From assembly GCF_009914755.1 (NCBI RefSeq), contig NC_060939.1: 64,000 nucleotides of DNA, one strand, 5' to 3'. The DNA comes from the human T2T-CHM13v2.0 reference genome, Homo sapiens. The translations under genes and the position numbers were made by a program. The notes under the pieces were generated by a model. That model saw nothing but the letters and a program-made list of their open reading frames with translations, was not told the DNA's origin and searched no databases. Shown one piece after another: positions 1 through 13,700 of this stretch. Numbering within the stretch: the stretch's first letter is position 1; each line of letters begins with the position of its first letter.

Positions 1-3000
1 TCTCTTCCAAACGATTCCATTCCATTCTATTACTTTCTATTCCAATCCATTCCATTCCTTTCCATTCGTTTCCATTCCATTCGAGTCCACTCCACTCCAG
101 TCCATTCCATTCCAGGCCATTCCATTCAAGTCCATTCCACTCCATTCCATTCCATTCGATATCTTTCAATAACACCCCATTCCATTCTGTTCCTTACAAA
201 TCAATTCAATTCCATTCCATTTGATTCCATTAAATTCGATTACATTCCATTCGACTCCATTCCATTCGACTCTATTCCATTCAAGTCCATTCCATTCCAT
301 TCCATTGCATTCCGTTCGAATCCCTATTCCATTGCATTTTGTTCCAGTCCATTCCATTTGAGTCCATTCCATGCCAAATCATTCCATTTGATTCCATTCC
401 AATCGATTCCATTGCACTCGAATCCAGTGCGTTCCATTCCATTGCTTTCCATTCTATTACATTCCATTGCATTACTTTGCATTCCATTTGATTACATTCC
501 TTTCGATTGCATTAATTTCGAATCAATTACATTGCAATCCATTGCATTCGAGTTCTATTCCAGTCCATTCCAGTCCATTCAAATCAGGCCCATTCCGTTC
601 CATTCCATTCCATTCGATTCCATTCCATTCGAATCGATTGCATTGCAATGCTTTACATTCAAGTCTGTTTTATTCCAGTCCAATCCATTCCGGTCCATTC
701 CGTTCGATTCCATTCCATTCGATGCCATTCCATACTATTGTATTTCATTCGATTCCATTCTATTCAAATAAATTCCACTCGAGACCATTCCTTTGAGTCC
801 ATTCTATTTGAGTCCATTCCATTCGAGTCCATTACATTTGGGTCCATTCCATTCAATTCCAATGCAATCCATTCCATTCGATGTCACTCCATTCATTTTT
901 ATTCCATTAGAATCCATGTCATTCGAGTCCATTCCATTCTATTCCATTCCACTCCATTCCATTCCATTCCACTCCATTCCATTCGTTGCCGTTCCATTCA
1001 ATTCTATTATATTCCACTCCATTTAATTCCATTCCATTCCATTCCATTCTATCCAATTCCGTTCCATTCTATTCCTTTAAATTCTTCCATTCCATTCCAT
1101 TCGTTTCCATTCCATTCGAGTAAAGTCCACTCCAGTCCTTTCCATTCGAGTCCATTCCTCTCCAGTGCATTCCGTTCAATCCATTCCATTCCAGTCCATT
1201 CCATTCGAGTCCGTTCCATTCCAGTCCATTCCATTCGAGTCAATTCCATTCAATTCGACATCTTTCCATAACGATCCATTCCATTCTATTCCTTTCGATT
1301 CCATTCCATTCTATTTCATTCCATTCGATTCCCTTCCATTGGACTCCTTTCCATTCGAGTGCATTCCATTCCGTTCCATTTCTTTCCGTTCTGTACAATT
1401 CCTACCGTTCGATTTCATTTTGTTCCAGTCCATTCCTTTCGCGTCCATTCCATTCCATTTCACTCCATTCGATTCCATTCCATTCGATTCCATTCCACTC
1501 GATTCCACTTCGTTCCATTTCATTGCATTCCATTCTATTCACCTCTATTGCCTTCCATTCCATTCCATTCGATTACATTCCATGCGATTCCATTCGAAAT
1601 TGAATCAATTACATTGCTATCCATTACTATTGAGTCCGTTTTATTCCAGTGCACTGCATTCTGGTCCATTCCATTTGATTCCATTCCATTCTATTCCATT
1701 CCATACAGTTGCATTCCATTGGATTCCATTCTATATCTATAAATTCAATTCGAGACCATTGCTTTTGAGTCCATTCTATATGATTCCATTCCATTCAAGT
1801 CCATTACATTTGGTTCAATTCCATTCCATTCCATTCCCTTCCATTCCATTCCATTTGATATCAATCCATTCGATTCCATTCCATTCGAGCACATTCCATT
1901 CGAGTCCATTCCATTCGATGCCATTCCATTTGATTCTATTCCATTAGTCTCCTTTCAATTCCATTAATCTCCATTCCATTCCATTCTACTCCAACTGATT
2001 CCATTCCATTCTATTCCTTTCCATTCCATTTCATTCCATTCCATTCCATTTCATTCCATTCCATTCCATTCGCTTCCATTCCGTTCGTGTACATTCCACT
2101 CCAGTCCATTCCATTCGTGTCCATTCCATTCCAGTCCATTCCATTTGTGTCCACTGCATTCCATTACACTCCATTCCATATTATTCCATTACACTCCATT
2201 CCATTCTATTACTTTCATTTCCATTCAATTCCATTCCATTTGATTCCATTCCACTCGCTTTCATTCCATTTGAGTCCATTCCATTCCATTCCATTCCATT
2301 CCATTCCGTTCCATTCCTTTCAGTTCCATTCCATTCTGTTCCATTCCATTCCATTCCATTCCATTCCATTCGGTTCCATTCCATATTGTTCCCTTTGATT
2401 CCATTCGAATCCATTCCATTCCAGTCCATTCCATTCGATTCCATTCCATTCCTTTCAATTCCATTCCATTCCATTCCATTCCACTTGATTCCACTCCATT
2501 CCCTTCCACTGCATTCCATTCGATTCCATTCCATTGCATTGGCTTGCATTCCATTCGATTCCATTCCATTCGAATCAATTACATAGCAATCCATTACATT
2601 CGAGTCTATTCTATTCCGTTCCATTCGATTTCGTTCCAATCCATTCGATTCCATTCCATTCGATTCCATTCCATGCTATTGCATTCCATTCGATTAAATT
2701 ATATTCGAATAAGTTCCATTCAAGACCATTTCTTTTGAGTCCATTCTATTTGAGTCCATTCCCTTTGATTCCATAACATTTGAGTCCATTCAATTCCATT
2801 CCTTTCGTTTCCATTCCATCTGATGCCATTCCATTCAATTCTGTTCTACTCGACTCCAATACATTCAATTCCATTCCATCCGATTCCATTACATTCTTTT
2901 CATTTCTTATCCATTTCAAGCCATTCCATTCCTTTCCATTCCACTCGTTTCCTTTCCATTCGAGTCCATTCCACTCCACTCCATTCCATTCGAATACATT

Positions 3001-4808
3001 TCACTCCAGTCCATTCCATTCGAATTCATTTCACTCCAGTCCATTAAATTCGAGTACATTCCATTCCATTCTATTCAATGCCATTCCATTCGATTCTATT
3101 CCTTTTGACACCATTCCGTTCCATCCGATTCCATTCCATTGTATTCCATTCAATTCCATTCCATTGCATTCCATTCCATTCCATTCGTTTCCATTTCATT
3201 CTAATTCATTCCGCTCAAGTGCATTCCATTCGAGTCCATTCCCTTCCAGTCCATTCCAATAGAGTCCATTGCTTTCCATTCCATTCGATATCTTCCCATT
3301 ACAGTCCATTCCATTCTATTCCTTTGGTTCCCATTCAATTCAATTCCATTTGATTACATTTCATTTGATTACATTCCATTCGACTCCATTCCATTCGAGT
3401 CCATTCCATTCCAGTCCATTCCATTCGATTCCATTCCATTCGATTCCATTCCACTCATTTCCACTCCGTTGCATTCCATTGCATTCCATTCTATTCCATT
3501 CCATTGCATTCCATTCCTTTCGATTCCATTCCATTCGAATCAATTACATTGCAATGCATTACTTTCATGCCCTTTCTATTAAAGTCCAATGCATTATGGT
3601 CCATTCCATTCAATTCCATTCTATTCCATTCCATTCGAATCAATTACATTGCAATCCATCACATTCAAGTACCTTCTGTTCCAGTCCATTCAATTCTGGT
3701 CTATTCCATTCAATTCCATTCCCTTTGTTTCCATTCCATTCTTGTACATTCCATTGGATTCCATCTCATTGAAATAAGTTCTATTCGAGACCATTTCTTC
3801 GAGTCCAATCAATTTGAGTCCATTCCATTCGAGTCCATTACATCTGGGTCTATTCCATTCCATCCCATTCCATTCGATGCCATTCAATTTGATTCTTTTC
3901 CTTTCGGCTCCATTCCTTTCCTTTCAGTTCCATCGGATTCCATTCCATTCTATTCCTTTCCATTTCATTGCATTCCATTCCATTCCACTGGAGACCATTC
4001 CACTTCAGTGCATTCCATTCCAGTGTATTCCATTCCATTCCATTCCATTCCATTCCATTCCATTCCATTCCATTCCATTCGATATCTTTCCATTACACTC
4101 CATTCCATTGTATTCCTTTACAGTCCATTCATTTCCATTCTATTCGATTCCATTCAATTCAATTCCATTACATTCGACTCCATTTCATTCGAGTCCATTG
4201 CTATCCATTTCATTCCAATTCTTTCTGTTCTATTCCATTCCGTTCGATTCCATTTTGTTCCAGTCCATTCCATTCGAGTCCATTGCTTTCCAGTGCAATT
4301 CATTTGATTCCACTCCATTCGATTCCATTCCACTCAATTCCACTCCGTTCCATTCCTTTGCGTTCCTTTCTCTTCCATTCCATTGCATTCCATTCCATTC
4401 CATTCCATTTGTTTACATTCCATTGAATTCCAATCCAGTTGAATCAATTACATTGCAGTCCATTACATTCGAGTCTGTTCTATCCCAGTTCATTCGATTC
4501 TGGTGCATTCCATTGGATTCCTTTCCATTCGATACCATTCCATACTATTGCATTCCATTCGATTCCATTGTTTTCGAATAAATTCCAATCGAGACCATTC
4601 CTTTCGTGTCCATTCTATTTGACTCTATTCCATTTGAGTCCAATAAATTTGTGAACATTCCATTCCTTTCCATTCCATTCCATTCCATTCCATTCGGTGC
4701 CATTCCATTCCACTCTATTCCATTCAAGTCCATTCTATTTGATTCCATTCCATTCCATTCGATGCCATTACATTCAATTCTATTCCATTCGACTCCATTC
4801 AATTCCAT
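1..4808 (+). repeat. HOR unit 1 (4808 bp; phase set arbitrarily at the window start)
   Basis: Collinear and near-identical to 4809-9606. Confidence 0.92.
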
Positions 4809-7800
4809 TCTCTTCCAAACGATTCCATTCCATTCTATTACTTTCTATTCCAATCCATTCCATTCCTTTCCATTCGTTTCCATTCCATTCGAGTCCACTC
4901 CACTCCAGTCCATTCCATTCCAGGCCATTCCATTCAAGTCCATTCCACTCCATTCCATTCCATTCGATATCTTTCAATAACACCCCATTCCATTCTGTTC
5001 CTTACAAATCAATTCAATTCCATTCCATTTGATTCCATTAAATTCGATTACATTCCATTCGACTCCATTCCATTCGACTCTATTCCATTCAAGTCCATTC
5101 CATTCCATTCCATTGCATTCCGTTCGAATCCCTATTCCATTGCATTTTGTTCCAGTCCATTCCATTTGAGTCCATTCCATGCCAAATCATTCCACTTGAT
5201 TCCATTCCAATCGATTCCATTGCACTCGAATCCAGTGCGTTCCATTCCATTGCTTTCCATTCTATTACATTCCATTGCATTACTTTGCATTCCATTTGAT
5301 TACATTCCTTTCGATTGCATTAATTTCGAATCAATTACATTGCAATCCATTGCATTCGAGTTCTATTCCAGTCCATTCCAGTCCATTCAAATCAGGCCCA
5401 TTCCGTTCCATTCCATTCCATTCGATTCCATTCCATTCGAATCGATTGCATTGCAATGCTTTACATTCAAGTCTGTTTTATTCCAGTCCAATCCATTCCG
5501 GTCCATTCCGTTCGATTCCATTCCATTCGATGCCATTCCATACTATTGTATTTCATTCGATTCCATTCTATTCAAATAAATTCCACTCGAGACCATTCCT
5601 TTGAGTCCATTCTATTTGAGTCCATTCCATTCGAGTCCATTACATTTGGGTCCATTCCATTCAATTCCAATGCAATCCATTCCATTCGATGTCACTGCAT
5701 TCATTTTTATTCCATTAGAATCCATGTCATTCGAGTCCATTCCATTCTATTCCATTCCACTCCATTCCATTCCATTCCACTCCATTCCATTCGTTGCCAT
5801 TCCATTCAATTCTATTATATTCCACTCCATTTAATTCCATTCCATTCCATTCTATCCAATTCCGTTCCATTCTATTCCTTTAAATTCTTCCATTCCATTC
5901 CATTCGTTTCCATTCCATTCGAGTAAAGTCCACTCCAGTCCTTTCCATTCGAGTCCATTCCTCTCCAGTGCATTCCGTTCAATCCATTCCATTCCAGTCC
6001 ATTCCATTCGAGTCCGTTCCATTCCAGTCCATTCCATTCGAGTCAATTCGATTCAATTCGATATCTTTCCATAACGATCCATTCCATTCTATTCCTTTCG
6101 ATTCCATTCCATTCTATTTCATTCCATTCGATTCCCTTCCATTGGACTCCTTTCCATTCGAGTGCATTCCATTCCGTTCCGTTTCTTTCCGTTCTGTACA
6201 ATTCCTACCGTTCGATTTCATTTTGTTCCAGTCCATTCCTTTCGCGTCCATTCCATTCCATTTCACTCCATTCGATTCCATTCCATTCGATTCCATTCCA
6301 CTCGATTCCACTTCGTTCCATTTCATTGCATTCCATTCTATTCACCTCTATTGCCTTCCATTCCATTCCATTCGATTACATTCCATGCGATTCCATTCGA
6401 AATTGAATCAATTACATTGCTATCCATTACTATTGAGTCCGTTTTATTCCAGTGCACTGCATTCTGGTCCATTCCATTTGATTCCATTCCATTCTATTCC
6501 ATTCCATACAGTTGCATTCCATTGGATTCCATTCTATATCTATAAATTCAATTCGAGACCATTGCTTTTGAGTCCATTCTATATGATTCCATTCCATTCA
6601 AGTCCATTACATTTGGTTCAATTCCATTCCATTCCCTTCCATTCCATTCCATTTGATATCAATCCATTCGATTCCATTCCATTCGAGCACATTCCATTCG
6701 AGTCCATTCCATTCGATGCCATTCCATTTGATTCTATTCCATTAGTCTCCTTTCAATTCCATTAATCTCCATTCCATTCCATTCTACTCCAACTGATTCC
6801 ATTCCATTCTATTCCTTTCCATTCCATTTCATTCCATTCCATTCCATTTCATTCCATTCCATTCCATTCGCTTCCATTCCGTTCGTGTACATTCCACTCC
6901 AGTCCATTCCATTCGTGTCCATTCCATTCCAGTCCATTCCATTTGTGTCCACTGCATTCCATTACACTCCATTCCATATTATTCCATTACACTCCATTCC
7001 ATTCTATTACTTTCATTTCCATTCAATTCCATTCCATTTGATTCCATTCCACTCGCTTTCATTCCATTTGAGTCCATTCCATTCCATTCCATTCCATTCC
7101 ATTCCATTCCATTCCGTTCCATTCCTTTCAGTTCCATTCCATTCTGTTCCATTCCATTCCATTCCATTCCATTCCATTCGGTTCCATTCCATATTGTTCC
7201 CTTTGATTCCATTCGAATCCATTCCATTCCAGTCCATTCCATTCGATTCCATTCCATTCCTTTCAATTCCATTCCATTCCATTCCATTCCACTTGATTCC
7301 ACTCCATTCCCTTCCACTGCATTCCATTCGATTCCATTCCATTGCATTGGCTTGCATTCCATTCGATTCCATTCCATTCGAATCAATTACATAGCAATCC
7401 ATTACATTCGAGTCTATTCTATTCCGTTCCATTCGATTTCGTTCCAATCCATTCGATTCCATTCCATTCGATTCCATTCCATGCTATTGCATTCCATTCG
7501 ATTAAATTATATTCGAATAAGTTCCATTCAAGACCATTTCTTTTGAGTCCATTCTATTTGAGTCCATTCCCTTTGATTCCATAACATTTGAGTCCATTCA
7601 ATTCCATTCCTTTCGTTTCCATTCCATCTGATGCCATTCCATTCAATTCTGTTCTACTCGACTCCAATACATTCAATTCCATTCCATCCGATTCCATTAC
7701 ATTCTTTTCATTTCTTATCCATTTCAAGCCATTCCATTCCTTTCCATTCCACTCGTTTCCTTTCCATTCGAGTCCATTCCACTCCACTCCATTCCATTCG

Positions 7801-9606
7801 AATACATTTCACTCCATTTGAATTCATTTCACTCCAGTCCATTAAATTCGAGTACATTCCATTCCATTCTATTCAATGCCATTCCATTCGATTCTATTCC
7901 TTTTGACACCATTCCTTTCCATTCCATTCCATCCGATTCCATTCCATTGTATTCCATTCAATTCCATTCCATTGCATTCCATTCCATTCCATTCGTTTCC
8001 AATTCATTCTAATTCATTCCGCTCAAGTCCATTCCATTCGAGTCCATTCCCTTCCAGTCCATTCCAATAGAGTCCATTGCTTTCCATTCCATTCGATATC
8101 TTCCCATTACAGTCCATTCCATTCTATTCCTTTGGTTCCCATTCAATTCAATTCCATTTGATTACATTTCATTTGATTACATTCCATTCGACTCCATTCC
8201 ATTCGAGTCCATTCCATTCCAGTCCATTCCATTCGATTCCATTCCATTCGATTCCATTCCACTCATTTCCACTCCGTTGCATTCCATTGCATTCCATTCT
8301 ATTCCATTCCATTGCATTCCATTCCTTTCGATTCCATTCCATTCGAATCAATTACATTGCAATGCATTACTTTCATGCCCTTTCTATTAAAGTCCAATGC
8401 ATTATGGTCCATTCCATTCAATTCCATTCTATTCCATTCCATTCGAATCAATTACATTGCAATCCATCACATTCAAGTACCTTCTGTTCCAGTCCATTCA
8501 ATTCTGGTCTATTCCATTCAATTCCATTCCCTTTGTTTCCATTCCATTCTTGTACATTCCATTGGATTCCATCTCATTGAAATAAGTTCTATTCGAGACC
8601 ATTTCTTCGAGTCCAATCAATTTGAGTCCATTCCATTCGAGTCCATTACATCTGGGTCTATTCCATTCCATCCCATTCCATTCGATGCCATTCAATTTGA
8701 TTCTTTTCCTTTCGGCTCCATTCCTTTCCTTTCAGTTCCATCGGATTCCATTCCATTCTATTCCTTTCCATTTCATTGCATTCCATTCCATTCCACTGGA
8801 GACCATTCCACTTCAGTGCATTCCATTCCAGTGTATTCCATTCCATTCCATTCCATTCCATTCCATTCCATTCCATTCGATATCTTTCCATTACACTCCA
8901 TTCCATTGTATTCCTTTACAGTCCATTCATTTCCATTCTATTCGATTCCATTCAATTCAATTCCATTACATTCGACTCCATTTCATTCGAGTCCATTGCT
9001 ATCCATTTCATTCCAATTCTTTCTGTTCTATTCCATTCCGTTCGATTCCATTTTGTTCCAGTCCATTCCATTCGAGTCCATTGCTTTCCAGTGCAATTCA
9101 TTTGATTCCACTCCATTCGATTCCATTCCACTCAATTCCACTCCGTTCCATTCCTTTGCGTTCCTTTCTCTTCCATTCCATTGCATTCCATTCCATTCCA
9201 TTCCATTTGTTTACATTCCATTGAATTCCAATCCAGTTGAATCAATTACATTGCAGTCCATTACATTCGAGTCTGTTCTATCCCAGTTCATTCGATTCTG
9301 GTGCATTCCATTGGATTCCTTTCCATTCGATACCATTCCATACTATTGCATTCCATTCGATTCCATTGTTTTCGAATAAATTCCAATCGAGACCATTCCT
9401 TTCGTGTCCATTCTATTTGACTCCATTCCATTTGAGTCCAATAAATTTGTGAACATTCCATTCCTTTCCATTCCATTCCATTCCATTCCATTCGGTGCCA
9501 TTCCATTCCACTCTATTCCATTCAAGTCCATTCTATTTGATTCCATTCCATTCCATTCGATGCCATTACATTCAATTCTATTCCATTCGACTCCATTCAA
9601 TTCCAT
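4809..9606 (+). repeat. HOR unit 2 (4798 bp)
   Basis: Differs from unit 1 by a few substitutions and 5-10 bp indels, e.g. 10 bp shorter near 7815 and two fewer CATTC at 8839-8878. Confidence 0.92.
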
Positions 9607-10741
9607 TCTCTTCCAAACGATTCCATTCCATTCTATTACTTTCTATTCCAATCCATTCCATTCCTTTCCATTCGTTTCCATTCCATTCGAGTCCACTCCA
9701 CTCCAGTCCATTCCATTCCAGGCCATTCCATTCAAGTCCATTCCACTCCATTCCATTCCATTCGATATCTTTCAATAACACCCCATTCCATTCTGTTCCT
9801 TACAAATCAATTCAATTCCATTCCATTTGATTCCATTAAATTCGATTACATTCCATTCGACTCCATTCCATTCGACTCTATTCCATTCAAGTCCATTCCA
9901 TTCCATTCCATTGCATTCCGTTCGAATCCCTATTCCATTGCATTTTGTTCCAGTCCATTCCATTTGAGTCCATTCCATGCCAAATCATTCCATTTGATTC
10001 CATTCCAATCGATTCCATTGCACTCGAATCCAGTGCGTTCCATTCCATTGCTTTCCATTCTATTACATTCCATTGCATTACTTTGCATTCCATTTGATTA
10101 CATTCCTTTCGATTGCATTAATTTCGAATCAATTACATTGCAATCCATTGCATTCGAGTTCTATTCCAGTCCATTCCAGTCCATTCAAATCAGGCCCATT
10201 CCGTTCCATTCCATTCCATTCGATTCCATTCCATTCGAATCGATTGCATTGCAATGCTTTACATTCAAGTCTGTTTTATTCCAGTCCAATCCATTCCGGT
10301 CCATTCCGTTCGATTCCATTCCATTCGATGCCATTCCATACTATTGTATTTCATTCGATTCCATTCTATTCAAATAAATTCCACTCGAGACCATTCCTTT
10401 GAGTCCATTCTATTTGAGTCCATTCCATTCGAGTCCATTACATTTGGGTCCATTCCATTCAATTCCAATGCAATCCATTCCATTCGATTTCACTCCATTC
10501 ATTTTTATTCCATTAGAATCCATGTCATTCGAGTCCATTCCATTCTATTCCATTCCACTCCATTCCATTCCATTCCACTCCATTCCATTCGTTGCCGTTC
10601 CATTCAATTCTATTATATTCCACTCCATTTAATTCCATTCCATTCCATTCCATTCTATCCAATTCCGTTCCATTCTATTCCTTTAAATTCTTCCATTCCA
10701 TTCCATTCGTTTCCATTCCATTCGAGTAAAGTCCACTCCAG

Positions 10742-13700
10742 TCCTTTCCATTCGAGTCCATTCCTCTCCAGTGCATTCCGTTCAATCCATTCCATTCCAG
10801 TCCATTCCATTCGAGTCCGTTCCATTCCAGTCCATTCCATTCGAGTCAATTCCATTCAATTCGATATCTTTCCATAACGATCCATTCCATTCTATTCCTT
10901 TCGATTCCATTCCATTCTATTTCATTCCATTCGATTCCCTTCCATTGGACTCCTTTCCATTCGAGTGCATTCCATTCCGTTTCATTTCTTTCCGTTCTGT
11001 ACAATTCCTACCGTTCGATTTCATTTTGTTCCAGTCCATTCCTTTCGCGTCCATTCCATTCCATTTCACTCCATTCGATTCCATTCCATTCGATTCCATT
11101 CCACTCGATTCCACTTCGTTCCATTTCATTGCATTCCATTCTATTCACCTCTATTGCCTTCCATTCCATTCCATTCGATTACATTCCATGCGATTCCATT
11201 CGAAATTGAATCAATTACATTGCTATCCATTACTATTGAGTCCGTTTTATTCCAGTCCACTGCATTCTGGTCCATTCCATTTGATTCCATTCCATTCTAT
11301 TCCATTCCATACAGTTGCATTCCATTGGATTCCATTCTATATCTATAAATTCAATTCGAGACCATTGCTTTTGAGTCCATTCTATATGATTCCATTCCAT
11401 TCAAGTCCATTACATTTGGTTCAATTCCATTCTATTCCATTCCCTTCCATTCCATTCCATTTGATATCAATCCATTCGATTCCATTCCATTCGAGCACAT
11501 TCCATTCGAGTCCATTCCATTCGATGCCATTCCATTTGATTCTATTCCATTAGTCTCCTTTCAATTCCATTAATCTCCATTCCATTCCATTCTACTCTAA
11601 CTGATTCCATGCCATTCTATTACTTTCCATTCCATTTCATTCCATTCCATTCCATTTCATTCCATTCCATTCCATTCGCTTCCATTCCATTCGTGTCCAT
11701 TCCACTCCAGTCCATTCCATTCGTGTCCATTCCATTTGTGTCCACTGCATTCCATTCCACTCCATTCCATATTATTCCATTACACTCCATTCCATTCTAT
11801 TACTTTCATTTCCATTCAATTCCATTCCATTTGATTCCATTCCACTCGGTTTCATTCCATTTGAGTCCATTCCATTCCATTCCATTCCATTCCATTCCAT
11901 TCCATTCCATTCCGTTCCATTCCTTTCAGTTCCATTCCATTCTGTTCCATTCCATTCCGTTCCATTCCATTCCATTCCATTCCGTTCCATTCCGTTCCAT
12001 TCCATTCCATTCCATTCCATTCCATTCCATTCCATTCGGTAACATTCCATATTGTTCCATTCGATTCCATTTGAATCCATCCATTCCAGTCCATTCCATT
12101 CGATTCCATTCCATTCCTTTCAATTCCCTTCCATTCCATTCCATTCCACTTGATTCCACTCCATTCCCTTCCACTGCATTTCATTCGATTCCATTCCATT
12201 GCATTGCATTCCATTCCTTTGGATTGCATTCCATTCGATTCCATTCCATTCGAATCAATTACATAGCAATCCATTACATTCGAGTCTATTCTATTCCGTT
12301 CCATTCGATTTCGTTCCAATCCATTCGATTCCATTCCATTCGATTCCATTCCATGCTATTGCATTCCATTCGATTAAAGTATATTCGAATAAGTTCCATT
12401 CAAGACCATTTCTTTTGAGTCCATTCTATTTGAGTCCATTCCCTTTGATTCCATAACATTTGAGTCCATTCAATTCCATTCCTTTCGTTTCCATTCCATC
12501 TGATGCCATTCCATTCAATTCTGTTCTACTCGACTCCAATACATTCAATTCCATTCCATCCGATTCCATTACATTCTTTTCATTTCTTATCCATTTCAAG
12601 CCATTCCATTCCATTCCATTCCACTCGTTTCCTTTCCATTCGAGTCCATTCCTCTCCAGTCCATTCCGTTCAATCCATTCCATTCCAGTCCATTCCATTC
12701 GAGTCCATTCCCTTCCAGTCCATTCCATTCGAGTCAATTCCATTCCATTCGATGTCTTTCCATAACGATCCATTCCATTCTATTCCTTTCGATTCCATTC
12801 CATTCTATTTCATTCCATTCGATTCCCTTCCATTGGACTCCTTTCCATTCGAGTGCATTCCATTCCGTTCCGTTTCTTTCCGTTCTGTACGATTCCTACC
12901 GTTCGATTTCATTTTGTTCCAGTCCATTCCTTTCGCGTCCATTCCATTCCATTTCACTCCATTCGATTCCATTCCACTCGATTCCACTTCGTTCCATTTC
13001 ATTGCATTCCGTTGTATTCAACTCTATTGCCTTCCATTCCATTCCATTCGATTACATTCCATGCGATTCCATTCGAAATCGAATCAATTACATTGCAATC
13101 CATTACTATTGAGTCCGTTTTATTCCAGTCCACTGCATTCTGGTCCATTCCATTTGATTCCATTCCATTCTATTCCATTCCATACAGTTGCATTCCATTG
13201 GATTCCATTCTATATCTATAAATTCAATTCGAGGCCATTACTTTTGAGTCCATTCTATATGATTCCATTCCATTCAAGTCTATTACATTTGGTACAATTC
13301 CCTTCCATTCCATTCCCTTCCATTCCATTCCATTTGATATCAATCCATTCGATTCCATTCCATTCGAGCACATTCCATTCGAGTCCATTCCATTCGATGC
13401 CATTCCATTTGATTCTATTCCATTAGTCTCCATTCAATTCCATTAATCTCCATTCCATTCCATTCTACTCCAACTGATTCCATTCCATTCTATTCCTTTC
13501 CATTCCATTTCATTCCATTCCATTCCATTTCATTCCATTCCATTCCATTCTATTCCATTCCATTCCATTTCATTCCATTCCATTCCATTCGCTTCCATTC
13601 CATTCGTGTCCATTCCACTCCAGTCCATTCCATTTGTGTCCATTCCATTCCAGTCCATTCCATTTGTGTCCACTGCATTCCATTCCACTCCATTCCATAT

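Noticed and set aside
1597-1607. DUX4-like site AAATTGAATCA
   Set aside because: It has two mismatches to TAAYYYAATCA, and several other copies read AAATCGAATCA. It is best explained as a CpG-decay variant.
11852-12349. Minus-strand poly-(MEWNG) ORFs resembling the pentapeptide product of the SCA31 (TGGAA)n expansion
   Set aside because: Any (GGAAT)n tract encodes this peptide. There is no evidence here of transcription, translation or a host gene.
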